Below are positions 20,900 to 31,994 of a DNA stretch of 64,000 nucleotides, in pieces. Each line of letters starts with the position of its first letter. Positions within the stretch are counted from its first letter, which is position 1. Position numbers and translations under genes: made by a program. This DNA is from an uncultured Actinomycetes bacterium. Lineage in GTDB: Bacteria; Actinomycetota; Thermoleophilia; Solirubrobacterales; 70-9. The stretch spans positions 594,588 to 658,587 of the forward strand of contig CAVZZR010000001.1 in NCBI GenBank assembly GCA_963779815.1. Reading direction: 5' to 3'. Under the pieces are notes generated by a model. That model did not search any database and was not told the origin of the DNA. It saw only the letters and a program-made list of their open reading frames with translations.

Positions 20900-22977
20900 G
20901 TTCCTGGCCGGCGCCGGGCGCGTAGGCGTCCGGGTCGTAGCCGCCGACCGCGGCGCTGCCCGGCGGCGGCGGTCGCCTCCGCCGCTTCCCCGCCGCCGCC
21001 CGGCGTCGTCTCGTCGCGCGGGGCTCGAGCTGGGTGAAGCGGCCGTAGAAGGGCGCCCAGCTGATCTTCTGCGTCGGGTTCTGTCGAATTCCTCGCAGGG
21101 CACGCCCGCCGCCGTCGTAGAGCGAGTGCCAGATTTCGGCCGGGAAGGTGCCGCCGAAGACGGTCCGCCCGTGCACGCTGGTCATCGAGATGTCGTTCGA
21201 CTCCGGGTAGCCGACCCAGACCGCGGTCGCCAGGTTCGGCTGGTAGCCGGCGAACCAGGCGTCGGTGTATTCGTCGGTGGTCCCGGTCTTGCCGGCCTGC
21301 CCGGCGCAGCCGGTGTAGGCGGCGGTGCCGGTGCCTTCGGTGATGTTGTCGTGCAGCAGCCGCGTCACCTCCCAGGCGACCGCCGGCGAGAGCACCCGCT
21401 TCGGGTCCGCCGGCTTCGCGGCCGGTCGACGTGTGCCGCCCGGGAAGGTCGACCTTGGCGATCGCGACCGGGTCGCGGTGGATGCCGCCGGCGGCGAGGG
21501 TCGCGTAGGCGTCGGTCAGCTCCAGCGGCGAGACGCCGATCCGCAGGCCGCCGATCCCCTCGGCCGGGATCCCGTCGAGCGGGGTCGTGATCCCCATCGA
21601 CTTCGCCGTCTGCGGCGACCGCCTTCGGCCCGACGTCGAGGTCGAGCTGGGCGAAGACGGTGTTGTCGGAGGCGACCGTCGCCTGCTGCAGGTTGACCGT
21701 CCCCTGGTAGCCCTCGTCGGCGGTGTGGACCGCCCAGTGGCCCCACCGCGGCAGGTCGAGGTCGAGCGGTTTCGAGGTGTAGTAGGTCGAGTAGGGGTCG
21801 ATCCCCTGCTTGATCGCCGTGGTCAGGACGAAGGTCTTGAAGGTCGAGCCCGGCTGCCGGTGCCCCTGGGCGGCGAGGTTGAACTGGCTGTCTTCGTAGT
21901 TGGAGCTGGAGACCATCGCCCGGATGTGCCCGTTGCGGGGGTCGATCGAGACCAGCGCCGAGGAGGGGTCGGTCGAGTAGGGCAGGGCCGAGCGCATCGC
22001 TTCCAGCCCCACCTGCTGCAGCTTCGGGTCGATCGTCGTGTGGACCTCGAGGCCGCCGCGGCGCACCGTGTTGACCCCGTACTTCTCGATCAGCTTGTTC
22101 TCGACGTAGTCGAAGAAGTAGGGCTGGCGGTGGTCGAAGTAGTCGTCGGAGAGGTCCAGCCCGCAGCCCGCTCGCGCCGCGCCGCCCGCGCCCGCTCCGC
22201 GCTGACGTAGCCGAGCTTTGCCATCTGCGCGCAGCACCTGGTCGCGGCGCGCCTTCGCCGCCTCCGGGTTGAGGATCGGGTTGTATTCGGAGGGCGCCTG
22301 CGGCAGCCCCGCCAGCAGCGCCGCCTGCGGCAGCGTCAGCTTCCAGACCGGCTTCGAGAAGTAGATCCGCGCGGCGGCGCCGACCCCGACCGCGGTCGTC
22401 CCTTCGATCGTCCCGTAGGAGGCGATGTTGAGGTAGGAGCCGAGGATTTCCCGTGCGCGCTGTGGCGTTCGGCGTACTCGAGCGCCAGCTTCGCCTCGAC
22501 GATCTTGCGCTCGAGGTTCCGCTTCGGGTTGGCGATGCAGAGGTTGCGGACCAGCTGCTGGGTGATCGTCGAGCCGCCCTCGACCGCTTCGCCCGCTTCG
22601 AGGTCCTTGACCGCGGCGCGGAGGATGCCCTCGTGGTCGACGCCGCTCGTGCTGGTAGAAGCGCTGGTCCTCGATCGCCACCGTCGCCAGCTGCAGGTCC
22701 TCGGGATGCGCTCGATCGAGACCGGCGATGCGCGCCTCGTCGGAGGCGATGATGCCGAGCTTGCTGCCGTCGGCGGCGTAGAGGACCGAGTTGCCGCCCT
22801 TGGTCGATCGGCTTGCAGGTGGCGAGCGGGGGCGCGTCGGCGGCGACGTCGAGAACCCAGGAGGTGACGCCGATCACCGCGATCGCGAGCAGGGCGAGGA
22901 CGCCGCCGACGACGAACAGCAGCTTGCCGCCGATTCCCCCCGCGGCGGCGCTGGCGTCGCCGGTTGCGCTGCGTCAT
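20900..22977 (-). CDS. Class A penicillin-binding protein (transglycosylase/transpeptidase), frameshifted at least 5 times
   Basis: GT51 motifs EDQRFYQH and GGSTITQQLVRNL; TP motifs SxxK region and KTGTT (AGKTGTTDEYTDAWFAGY). N-terminal MTQRNRRRQRRRGG then -1 shift at a C6 run (22936-22941) gives the TM segment IGGKLLFVVGGVLALLAIAVIG. Confidence 0.75.
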
Positions 22978-23018
22978 CGGAGCAGAGGGTACTTCGCGCC
23001 CTCCCGGCTCGAGCGCTC

Positions 23019-23447
23019 TCAGGCGTCGGTGTCTTCGGTCGAGTGGTTGTGGACGATGCCTTCGACCAGGAGCTGGTTCGGGATCACCACGGCGCTGCCG
23101 TCGCCGGGGTCGACGTAGGTGTAGGAGAGGGTGATGTCGGTGACCCGCCCCCCGGTCTCTTCGAAGCTGATGCGGTCGCCGATCCGGATCGGCTGCGAGA
23201 TCGCGATCTGAACGCCGGCGACGAGGTTGGCGAGGGTGTGCTGGGCGGCGAAGCCGACGATCGGCGACGAGCGACCGCGGTCGAGGCGAGGATGCCGGTG
23301 GCGAGCCGCTTCAGCTCGGTGAACTGGCTCAGCGCCAGCATCGCGAGGACGAGGAGGACGACGAGGAAGAGCAGGCGGCGCAGGAAGCGCAGGCGGGTCC
23401 GGGTCGAGCGGGAGACCTGTGAGACTGCCGGCGACATGGAGGGCAAC
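23019..23447 (-). CDS. Small MscS-like mechanosensitive channel domain protein, 1 frameshift
   Basis: TM (LLFLVVLLVLAMLAL) plus LANLVAGVQIAISQPIRIGDRISFEETGGRVTDITLSYTYV MscS beta-domain; stop at 23019. Confidence 0.55.
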   Translation of the reverse strand, partial: VALHVAGSLTGLPLDPDPPALPAPPALPRRPPRPRDAGAEPVHRAEAARHRHPRLDRGRSSPIVGFAAQHTLANLVAGVQIAISQPIRIGDRISFEETGGRVTDITLSYTYVDPGDGSAVVIPNQLLVEGIVHNHSTEDTDA

Positions 23448-24156
23448 CTAGCCGCCGACGCGGTCGCCGCCCCGGCACCGCGGGAGTTTCCGTCCTCCAA
23501 CTGGGGTCCGGGGGCGGCGGTGCTGGGGGCGGTGGCTGGCGATCGTCGCCGGGCTCGTGCTCGGGTTCCCGGCGCTGTTCTTCGACCGCAGGGCGAAGGC
23601 GACCTCACCACCGCCGGCAACGTCGTCGTCCAGCTCGGCGACGGCGATCGGTTTCCTGCTGGTGCCGATCGTCGATCGCCGCGCAGCGTCGGCGCCGCCT
23701 CGCTGCGCGAGAGCCTGCGGCGGCTCGGGGTGCGGCGGTTCTAGGCCGCTCGGCGCTGAAGTGGATGGCGGCGGCGGTCGGCGCCTACCTGCTCTTCGCC
23801 GCGGCGCTCTACTCGGTCTCTGATCGTCGAACCGAAGCAGGAGGACATCGCCGAAGGCTTCGGCCCGATGCCGGTCCAGATCCTGCTGATCGTCTTCGCC
23901 GCGCCGATCAGCGAGGAGCTCTGCTTCCGCGGGATGCTGTTCGGCGGCCTGCGCGAGCGGCTGCCGCGGCTGCCGGCGGCGCTGCTCGCCGGCGCTCGTC
24001 TTCGGCGGCCTGCACGCGCTGACCGGGATCAGCGCGGTGCCGCCGCTGATCGCCTTCGGCTTCGTCCTTGCGCTGCTCTACGAGAGGACCGGCTCGATCG
24101 TGGCCGGGAATCCTCCTGCACATGCTGAACAACTCTGTCGCCCTGCTCGCTCAGTA
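23446..24156 (+). CDS. CPBP-family intramembrane metalloprotease (CAAX protease/Abi-like), about 4 frameshifts
   Basis: Motif 1 PISEELCFRGMLFGGL, motif 2 FGGLHAL, motif 3 ILLHMLNNSVALL, each in a different frame; start uncertain. Confidence 0.55.
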
Positions 24157-24169
24157 GGATTCGCCGCCG

Positions 24170-25185
24170 GTGATTCGCCGTTTCTCGCCCTCCTCGTCGT
24201 CCTCGTGGCGCTGCTCCTGCTGCCCGCCGCTGCGCTTGCGACGCCGCCCGAAGCCGAAGCACGTCCGCGAAGCCGCGCGTCCGGTGCCCGAGGCGACGGT
24301 GAAGATCGAGGTCGGGCACCTGCACAACGGCCGCGCCGGATCATGGCGACGGTCCCGGTCATCGGGACCCTGGAGCCGTTCGTCGCCGGCCAGCGGGTCG
24401 AGGTCACCTTCTACCTCGACGGCCACCAGCTGGTCAGCCGCAAGCTCGCGGTCGGCAAGGGCAAGGGCGCGAACGGCACCTTCCGCTCCAAGATCATGGT
24501 CACCGAGGACGGCAAGTACGCGGTCAGCCGCCAAGCACGTCGCGACCGCCGGAGCTCGGCGGCGACAGCACGTTCGCAAGAGCTGGAAGGTCAGCTTCCC
24601 GGCGCTGCACCAGGGCCAGTGCGGCGCCGTCGTCGTCGGCTTCAAGAAGGCGATGCGGAAGATGGGCTACATCGCCAACCAGCGGCAGCTGCTTCGGCGG
24701 CAAGACCGCCCGCGGCGTCCTCGCCTACCGCAAAGTCAACGGCGATGACCCGCAGCATGCGCGCCGGCGCCGGCCTGGTCAAGAGCGTCTTCGCCGGCAG
24801 GGGCGGCTACAAGGTCCGCCACCCGGACGCCGGCGAACACGTCGAGGCGCCGCTCTCCAAGCAGGTGCTGGTCTTCGCCAAGGGCGACAAGCCGTTCGCG
24901 ATCTACCCGATCTCCTCCGGCAAGTCCTCGACCCCGACGGTCACCGGCCACTTCAGCTTCATCCGCACCGAACCCGGCTACAACTCGCACGGCATGTACT
25001 ACTCGTTCTACTTCTACGGCGGCTACGCGGTCCACGGCTACGAATCGGTCCCCGACTACCCCGCCAGCCACGGCTGCATCCGCACCTTCATCGCCGACCA
25101 GCCGGAGATCTACAACCGCATCCACTTCGGCGAGGACATCTTCGATCTGGTGACGGCGTGTCCCGCGGCGTCTGGCCGCGGATGA
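24170..25185 (+). CDS. L,D-transpeptidase with peptidoglycan-binding domain, frameshifted
   Basis: Signal peptide FLALLVVLVALLLLPAAALA; PG_binding_1-like AVVVGFKKAMRKMGYIANQRQL; YkuD catalytic HFSFIRTEPGYNSHGMYYSFYFYGGYAVHGYESVPDYPASHGCIR. Confidence 0.7.
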
Positions 25186-25351
25186 CGGACCCAGGCGGCG
25201 CCATGCTGCGTCCTCACGTCGCCCGAATAGCTCTGCTATCGGGCTCCCTGCGTCCTTGCCTGGCACCCCCTGTGCCTCGTCCTCCACTGGCCATCCACCA
25301 CAGACAGCCGTCACCGATCTTGGGAACCTTGGGGGATACTGTTGAAGGGGC

Positions 25352-26303
25352 CGATGAGGGTCTTCGTCGCTGGCGCCAGCGGGGCGATCGGGCGGCCGAC
25401 TGGTGCGGCAGCTGGTTGGCGGCCGGGCACGAGGTGGTCGGGATGACGCGGCGCGAGGAGCGGGCCGAGGAGATCCGCGCGGCCGGGGCCGCGGCGGTGG
25501 TCTGCGACGTCTTCGACGCCGAGGCGCTCGAACGCGGCCGTGGCTGCCGCCGCGCCGGAGGCCGTCGTCCACGCGCTGACCGCGCTGCCTCGTCGCTACG
25601 ACCCCGAAAGCGGACTACCTGGCGGCGACCAACCGGATCCGCGTCGAGGGGACCCGCAACCTCGTCGCCGCCGCGCAGGCTGCCGGCGCGAAGCGGCTCG
25701 TCGGCGAGAGCATCGCCTTCTGCCTACGGCCCGGAGGGCGGTTGGGTGAAGGAGCGAGGAGGCAGCCGCTGTTCACCGACGCGCCGGGCCGCTTCGGCGC
25801 CACCGTCGAGGCGCTTGTCCGAGCTCGAGCGCCAGGTGCTGGAGGCCGAGGGAGCTGAGGGCGCTCGTGCTGCGCTTCGGCTGGTTCTACGGCCCCGGCA
25901 CCTACTACGACCGCGGCGAGCAGCAGTCGCCGAGGAAGTCGAAAAGCGGCGACTCCCGATCGTCGGCACGGGGCAGCGGCACCTTCTCCTTCGTCCACGT
26001 CGAGGACGCGGCGCGCGCGACCGTCGCCGCCCTCGAGCGCGGCGCTCCGGCATCTACAACGTCGTCGACGACGAGCCGGCGCCGCTGCGCGAGTGGGTGC
26101 CGGTCTACGCCGAGGCGCTCGGGGCGAAGCCGCCACGCCGGGTCCCCGTCTGGCTGGCCCGCTTTGCTCGCCGGCAAGGGCGTCGCTCGACCGCGGCCGG
26201 AGCATGCGCGGCGCCTACGAACGCGAAGGCCAAGCGGGAGCTCGGCTGGCGGCCCGCGCACCCGAGCTGGCGCCAGGGCTTCGGCGAGGCCTCGCTCAAG
26301 TGA
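25352..26303 (+). CDS. NAD(P)-dependent epimerase/dehydratase-family (NmrA/SDR-like) oxidoreductase, about 3 frameshifts
   Basis: Rossmann MRVFVAGASGAIGRPLVRQLVAAGHEVVGMTR; C-terminal IYNVVDDEPAPLREWVPVYAEALGAKPP. Confidence 0.65.
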
Positions 26304-26352
26304 ACGAGTTGACCACACCTGGGTGGGTCAACTCGTCGCGGCCGACCTTAGG

Positions 26353-26936
26353 ATGGCCGCCGTGACCGACCTCGATGCCGCCAAGCGGACGCTGCTCGCG
26401 GAGCTGCGCGAGCACTCGCTGATCCTCGGCGAGGTGACGCTGGCGAGCGGCGCCGTCGCCCAGTACTACGTCGACGCGCGCCGCACCCTGATGCGGCCGG
26501 CCGGCTTCCACGCCGCCGGCGAGCTGATCGCCGCGGCCGCCGCCGAGCGTCGGCGCCGACGCGGTCGGCGGGCCGGCCACGGCGGCGATCCCGCCCGCCT
26601 GCGCGGCGATCGCGGTGCCCGCCGGCGCCGACCTCGTCGCCTTCTTCGTCCGCGGCGAGCGCAAGGAGCACGGGCTGCAGCGCTGGGTCGAGGGGCCGGT
26701 CGAGCCGGGCGTCCGCTGCCTCGTCGTCGAGGACACGGTCACCACCGGCGGCTCGACCGCGACCGCGATCGGGCGGATCCGCGAGGAGGGGCTGGAGGTG
26801 GCCGGCGTGGTCGCCGTCGTCGACCGGCTGGCCGGCGGCGCCGAGAGGATCGAAGCCGCCGCCGAGGCGCCCTACCGCGCCCTGGTCACGATCGACGAGA
26901 TCTACCCGGACCGCCCGGACCGGGCTGAGGCTGGGC
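26353..26936 (+). CDS. pyrE: Orotate phosphoribosyltransferase, 1-2 frameshifts
   Basis: LASGAVAQYYVDARRTL; PRPP-binding VRCLVVEDTVTTGGSTATAIGRIREEGLEVAGVVAVVDR. Confidence 0.75.
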
Positions 26937-27566
26937 ATGGAGCCGGACGCGGTCGAGATCCGCGTCGTCGGCTGCCTGATCGAGAAGCAGCGGACGACGC
27001 CCGGACGCCTACCCGCTCTCGCTCAACGCGCTGCGGCTCGCCTGCAACCAGTCGACCAACCGCGACCCGGTCGTCGACTACGACGAGGCGACCGTGTCCG
27101 AGGCGCTGCGCCGCCTCGCCCTGCGGGGCTGGACCCGCCTCGCCAGCGGCGCCGGCAGCCGGGCCCGCAAGTACCGCCACCTGCTGCCGGACGCGCTCGG
27201 CGTCGACGACGGCGAGCTGGCGCTGCTGGCCGTGCTGATGCTGCGCGGCGCGCAGACCCCGGGCGAGCTGAAGCAGCGCAGCGAGCGCCTGCACTGCTTC
27301 ACCGACCTCGCCGCGGTGCAGGAGACCCTCGAGCGGCTGGTCGAGCGCGGCTGCGTCGGCCGCCATCGCGCGCCGGCCGGGCCAGAAGGAGGAGCGCTAC
27401 GAGCAGCTGCTCGGCGGTGAGCGGCGAGCCGCCCCCCAGGCGGACGGCGACGTGAAGCAGTGGAGGTAGAGACCGCCCGACGAGGACGCCTGGACCGGCT
27501 CGAGCGCGAGCTGGCCGAGCTGCGGGCGCAGGTGGCGAGCCTGCGCGAGGCGCTCGGCGAGGGTTA
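26937..27566 (+). CDS. DUF480 (YceH/UPF0502) family protein, 2 frameshifts
   Basis: MEPDAVEIRVVGCLIEKQRTTP...YPLSLNALRLACNQSTNRDPVVDYDE signature and C-terminal coiled coil. Confidence 0.65.
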
Positions 27567-27572
27567 GGAGGG

Positions 27573-29327
27573 TTAGCGGCGCAGGTTGACGACGGCGGTG
27601 CGGCGACCGCCGGGGATCGCGGCGATCACTGGGTCTTCAGCGCCCCGCGGGTCCGCAGCAGCGCCCGTCCGCCGGCGGTGAGGGGGACGCGGTAGCCGTG
27701 GGCGGACCGCCGGCGAGCCGGAAGGCGCTGCGGCCGACCAGCCTGCTGACCGGGCGGGTGCGGGGACCGCGGCCGCGGTAGTGGGCGACAGGCGACGCTT
27801 GAAGCGGGAGCGGAGGAGGAGCTGCAGCGGGCATTCGTCGCCGGCCGGCCAGAGGCAGGTGACCCGGACCCGCACCTTCTTGCGGCTCGCTTTCAGCGCC
27901 GAGAGCCGCAGCGCGACCGGGATCGTCGCCGACTTGCAGCCGAGCATGCGGTCGTTCGCCGGGGGCGAAGTCGAGCGCGTAGGCGCAGACGGCTGGCGGC
28001 CGGACTTGATCGTCGGCAGGGTGAGGTCGAAGCCGTGGTTGCGGCCGGCTTCCGGGAACTCGGCGGGCGACATCGCGGCGGGGCGGCCGTCGCGACCGCG
28101 CCGAGGTCGTAGATGAGGGCGCCGGCGGAGCCTTCGCTGCCGCCGACGTAGAGGCGGATCGCCAGCGGGGCGCTGAGGTCGTTCGGGTCGAAGGCCCAGC
28201 CGCGGACCCGGAGCTGGCCGGGTGCGGGGGAGCCGGCGAGGTCGAGCGAGCCGATCGGGTCGTCGCCGCTGGGCAGGGTCGCGGAGCCGACCGTCGCCGC
28301 GTCGACGTAGTTGTTGTCGATGTTGATCGTCACCCCGCCGTAGGTCTCGTTGTGGCCGCCGCGGTACTGGTGGATCCGCTGGTGCTGGGTCCAGGCGCTG
28401 GCGGGGACGACGGAGTCGGCGGTGTTCTGCTGGCCGTTCCAGTTGGCGATCCAGAGGTGGTCGGGCAGGTTCGTAGCCGGTGCCGAGCTGGCCGGCGAGG
28501 TCCTCGATCCCCGAGGCGCTGCTGCTGTAGACGCCGGAGACGTAGCCGAGCGAGTGCAGCTTCTTCGTCCAGGCCTCGAGAAAGGCGAGGGTGGCGGCGG
28601 TCGCGCTCGGAGGTCTGCGAGTAGGACTCCATGTCGAAGTAGATCGGGCTGCCCGGGCCCATCGCCACCGCGGCCGCCTCTGCGACCGCGTCGATCGCCG
28701 CCGCCGTGCCCTGCGCGGTCGCCTGGCTGGAGCTCAGCTTGGCGCAGCTGGAGCAGCTGCTGGTCGGGGCCTGCAGGCCGACGTAGGTCGGGATCAGGTG
28801 CCAGCCGGCGCCGGTCTCGTCGCTGACCCAGCCGGCGGTCAGGTTCGGCTGCGAGCAGGCGCGGTTGACGCCGCCGATGTAGACGCCGACGGCGCGGTAG
28901 GGCGAGCTCCCCCAGGCGGCCATCGAGCGCGAGGAGGGCGCCGTGCAGGCGTCGAAGCCGAGCCCGGTGAAGACGGCGCCGCCGGCCGAGGCGGTGGCGC
29001 GCCGCGGAGCGGTCGGCAGGCCCGCGGCCCGCGCCGCCGCGGCCGCGGTTCGACCAGGATCGCCCGCCGCCGCCCGATCGCCTCGGCCGGGCAGCGCTGC
29101 TGCGCGGAAGGCGTGCCGAGGTAGACCGCGCGGCGGTCGAGCCGCACGCAGAGCCGCGGGTGCTGGGCGAGCCGGAAGACCCGGTAGCCCTTCGGCACCG
29201 CCACCGTCCGCCCCTCGAAGTGAACGGAAGCGGCGCGGGCGGCGCCGTCGCCCGTCCAGGCCGCGAGAGAAAGGAGAGCCGCCAGCAGCCCCAGCAGCAG
29301 AAGCGGGCGGGAGAAGAGACGCATCCG
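27573..29327 (-). CDS. Secreted DUF1906 (Rv2525c-like glycoside-hydrolase-like) domain protein with C-terminal extension, at least 4 frameshifts
   Basis: Signal peptide MRLFSRPLLLLGLLAALLSLAAWTG; DUF1906 core FDACTAPS...VGVYIGG...WHLIPTYVGLQAP...GSPIYFDMESY. Confidence 0.6.
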
Positions 29328-29404
29328 GGTCACGAGCAGCACTCTCGGTACAACCAGGCTGCGAGGTCAAAAGTTGCTGGGCCCCGGGCGAAAGCCTGCA
29401 GAAA

Positions 29405-29478
29405 TGCCCCGAGCTGGATTCGAACCAGCGGCCTATCCCTTAGGAGGGGATCGCTCTATCCAGCTGAGCTATCGGGGC
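29405..29478 (-). tRNA. tRNA-Arg (anticodon CCT)
   Basis: Hand-folded: acceptor GCCCCGA/TCGGGGC, D-arm GCTC/GAGC, anticodon stem ATCCC/GGGAT with loop CTCCTAA, T-arm GCTGG-TTCGAAT-CCAGC, discriminator A; no encoded CCA. Confidence 0.85.
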
Positions 29479-29627
29479 TCCTGGCTGAATTCTCGCTTAG
29501 TTGAGGAAGCGGTTGTCGAAGTTGGCTCGAACTGCGCGCCACAGTTGCGGTTTCGCCCGGCAGGATCTCTTGCATGAGACCAGCTATGGCAGCGGACATG
29601 TCCGAGGCACGGGATAATGTGCTGCAC

Positions 29628-29861
29628 ATGTCGAAAATGATCCAGATCAGGAACGTGCCCGACGAGATGCACCGGCAGCTGAAGATCCGCGCTGCCGCGG
29701 CGGGGATGAACATGTCCGACTACATCAAGCGGGAGCTCGACCTGCGGACGCGCAAATCGACGATCCGCGAGATCGCCGCGAGGAGGGATGCGCAGGGACG
29801 GAGGTCGACCTCCACCACCGAGGAGCTGGTCGCGATCATCCGCGAGGCGCGCGGTGAGTGA
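29628..29861 (+). CDS. vapB: Ribbon-helix-helix antitoxin (VapB/FitA-like)
   Basis: MIQIRNVPDEMHRQLKIRAAAAGMNMSDYIKRELD RHH motif; stop overlaps the vapC start. Confidence 0.8.
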   Translation: MSKMIQIRNVPDEMHRQLKIRAAAAGMNMSDYIKRELDLRTRKSTIREIAARRDAQGRRSTSTTEELVAIIREARGE

Positions 29862-30305
29862 TGGCTGTCGTGGACGCCTCCGTCATCGTCGAATTCCTTC
29901 GTCCGGGAACCGCCTCGCGGACCCTGGACACGCGCTTAGCCGATGAGGAACACGCTCTCTGGGCGCCGCACCTGATCGACGCCGAGGTCGGGCACGCACT
30001 GCGCCGCGAGGTTCGCGTGGGTCGAGATGGCTACCGAGGATGCGGCGGAGGCGATCTGGGAAATCAACGACCTGCCGCTGCGCCGCGTCGAGCACGAAAA
30101 CCTGGTCCAGGTCGCCTGGGACCTGAGGCACAACTTCAGCTTCTACGACGGCCTCTACGTCGCTTTGGCGCTGATGCTGGGCGAAACCCTGCTCACCTTC
30201 GACTCGCGGATGGCGGGCTCTGGCCTAGACCTCCCGATCGAGGTCTGGGTCAGGCGTAGAGGCTCTCGGAGGCGAGCTCGTCGGCGCGGCGGCTCCAGAG
30301 CTTGA
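29861..30305 (+). CDS. vapC: PIN-domain ribonuclease toxin VapC, 1 frameshift
   Basis: MAVVDASVIVEFL (first acidic D), ...HLIDAEV..., FYDGLYVALALMLGETLLTFD; frames switch near 30020. Confidence 0.7.
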
Positions 30306-30879
30306 CCTGCATGAAGAGGTCGTCGCCGTAGCCCTCGAGGGCGTCGAGGGCGACGAGGGTGAAGCGGTCCTGGGAGATCAGCTCCTGGTCGACGGTCTCG
30401 GCCGTCGAGCTCGGCGGTGGCGGCGACGGCGCCGCGGACCAGCGGCCGGCCCCAGACCAGGGTGACGGCGCCGGCGCGCCCGTTCTCCCCGCGCCAGCGG
30501 CCGATCACGTCGTCGTTGAGGTCGATCTGCCAGTCCGGGTTGTCCTCGGCGAGGACGTCGGTGAAGTCGGCCTTCGCCTCGAAGTCGGTCGGCTCGCCTC
30601 CGGGCGGCTGCACGTAGGAGACGTGGCCGAACAGCTCCAGCCGTCCCTCCTCGCTCTCGGTCTGCGCCGAGCAGGGGACCCAGACCCGCCCGCCCCAGGC
30701 GCGCTCCGGGAACCAGTCGAGCTCGGCCGGCAGCTCGACTCCCGCCGGCAGGTCCTCGATCCCGTCGCACGGCCTCGCGCGAACGCCTCGCGCAGCCGCT
30801 CGGCGAAGCGCCCGTGCGGAATCCCCTCCTGGGTGGTGTCGGCGATGAAGCGCGGGATCGGTCGCGGGTTCGGCGGCAT
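30253..30879 (-). CDS. Hypothetical protein (about 209 aa), 2 frameshifts
   Basis: Coherent non-repetitive sequence MPPNPRPIPRFIADTTQEGIPHGRFAERL...DFEAKADFTDVLAEDNPDWQIDLNDDVIGRWRGENG...FMQVKLWSRRADELASESLYA* assembled from three frames; no family recognised. Confidence 0.35.
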
Positions 30880-31990
30880 CAGCCCGAGGCGACTCTCGCG
30901 CAGGTCGGACGCCGCCCGCTCGGGCGGGTAGATGTTGATGTCGACGCCGGTGCCGAGCTCGAAGCCGGCCTTGATCGTCAGCCGCGGGGCGATGTCGACG
31001 TGCCAGTGGAAGTGCTCGGCGCCGCGGGGGGCGGTGCGGACCCAGAGGTTCAGCTCCGGCGGGCCGTCGAAGCGGGCGGCGAGCACGCGCATCGCGGTGC
31101 GGATCATCGCCGCGCCGGCCTCGTCCTCCTCGAAGCGGGCCGCCTCGCGGCGCGGGACCACCCGCAGCTCGAAGGCGAGCGCGAGGCCCAGGGGCAGATC
31201 AGCGCCGCCTCGTCGTCGATCGCGACCAGCCGCTCCCGCCGGCGCACCTCCTCGACCAGGACGTCGCTGAGCAGGCCCGAGCCGGCGGTGCGTTCGCCGT
31301 AGGCGCCGGCCCGCTCGCGCTCGCGGGCGACCGCGGCCGGGACGAAGGGCAGCGCGTAGAGCTGGGCGTGGGTGTGCTCGAGCGAGGCGCCGGCGCCGCC
31401 GCCCTCGTTGACGATCAGCTGCACGTAGGAGGCGTCGGCGTGGGCGCGCATCCGCTCGCGCCAGGTGGCGACGGCGGCGGCGAACTGCTCCTCGTCGAGC
31501 TCGGCCATCGCGGTCACGTGCTCGGGCGAGTTGATCAGGACCTCGTGCGCCGCCGCTCGCCGGCCGCGAGGAGAAGAGGTCCGGTTCGCCCGCCGTTGCG
31601 CGAGGCCAGCAGCGGGTCGCCGGCGCTGGCGAAGGCTCCGGCGTCTGCTGCGGGACCCGATGAAGGCGTGTTAGTTGCCTCCTGGTCGACTAAACCGCCT
31701 TGCCCCTCGCCGCCGAGGGCGGGATAGAGGTTCGGGACCACGCGGGTCGTCCAGCCCGGGCGTGTCGGCGTCGCCGCCACCCGGGCGCAGCGCGTAGAGC
31801 TCGGGCGGCGTGCGGTCCTCGCGGCCCTCGCAGAAGGGGCAGTTCGCCGACCCCTTCGGCTCGCTCGCGCGCCGGGGAGAAGCTGTCCGGACGCTCGGCC
31901 CGGCCCGGGGCGAGGATCGTCCTCAGCCCGCTCAGCTGGTCGATGCGGATCTCGGGCGAGCTCAGGAGCGGGAGGGGGGGAGGTCGACGT
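30880..31990 (-). CDS. galT: Galactose-1-phosphate uridylyltransferase (HIT superfamily), about 3 frameshifts
   Basis: N-terminal CPFCEGRE and [10 protein letters not shown]; His-x-His nucleophile region [11 protein letters not shown]; C-terminal [34 protein letters not shown]. Confidence 0.7.
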
Positions 31991-31994
31991 CGGG

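Noticed and set aside
23445-23448. Divergent MscS-like and CPBP genes apparently sharing overlapping start codons (ATG/CAT)
   Set aside because: The CPBP start is poorly supported and is probably a downstream GTG or ATG. The overlap is likely an artefact of choosing the first ATG.
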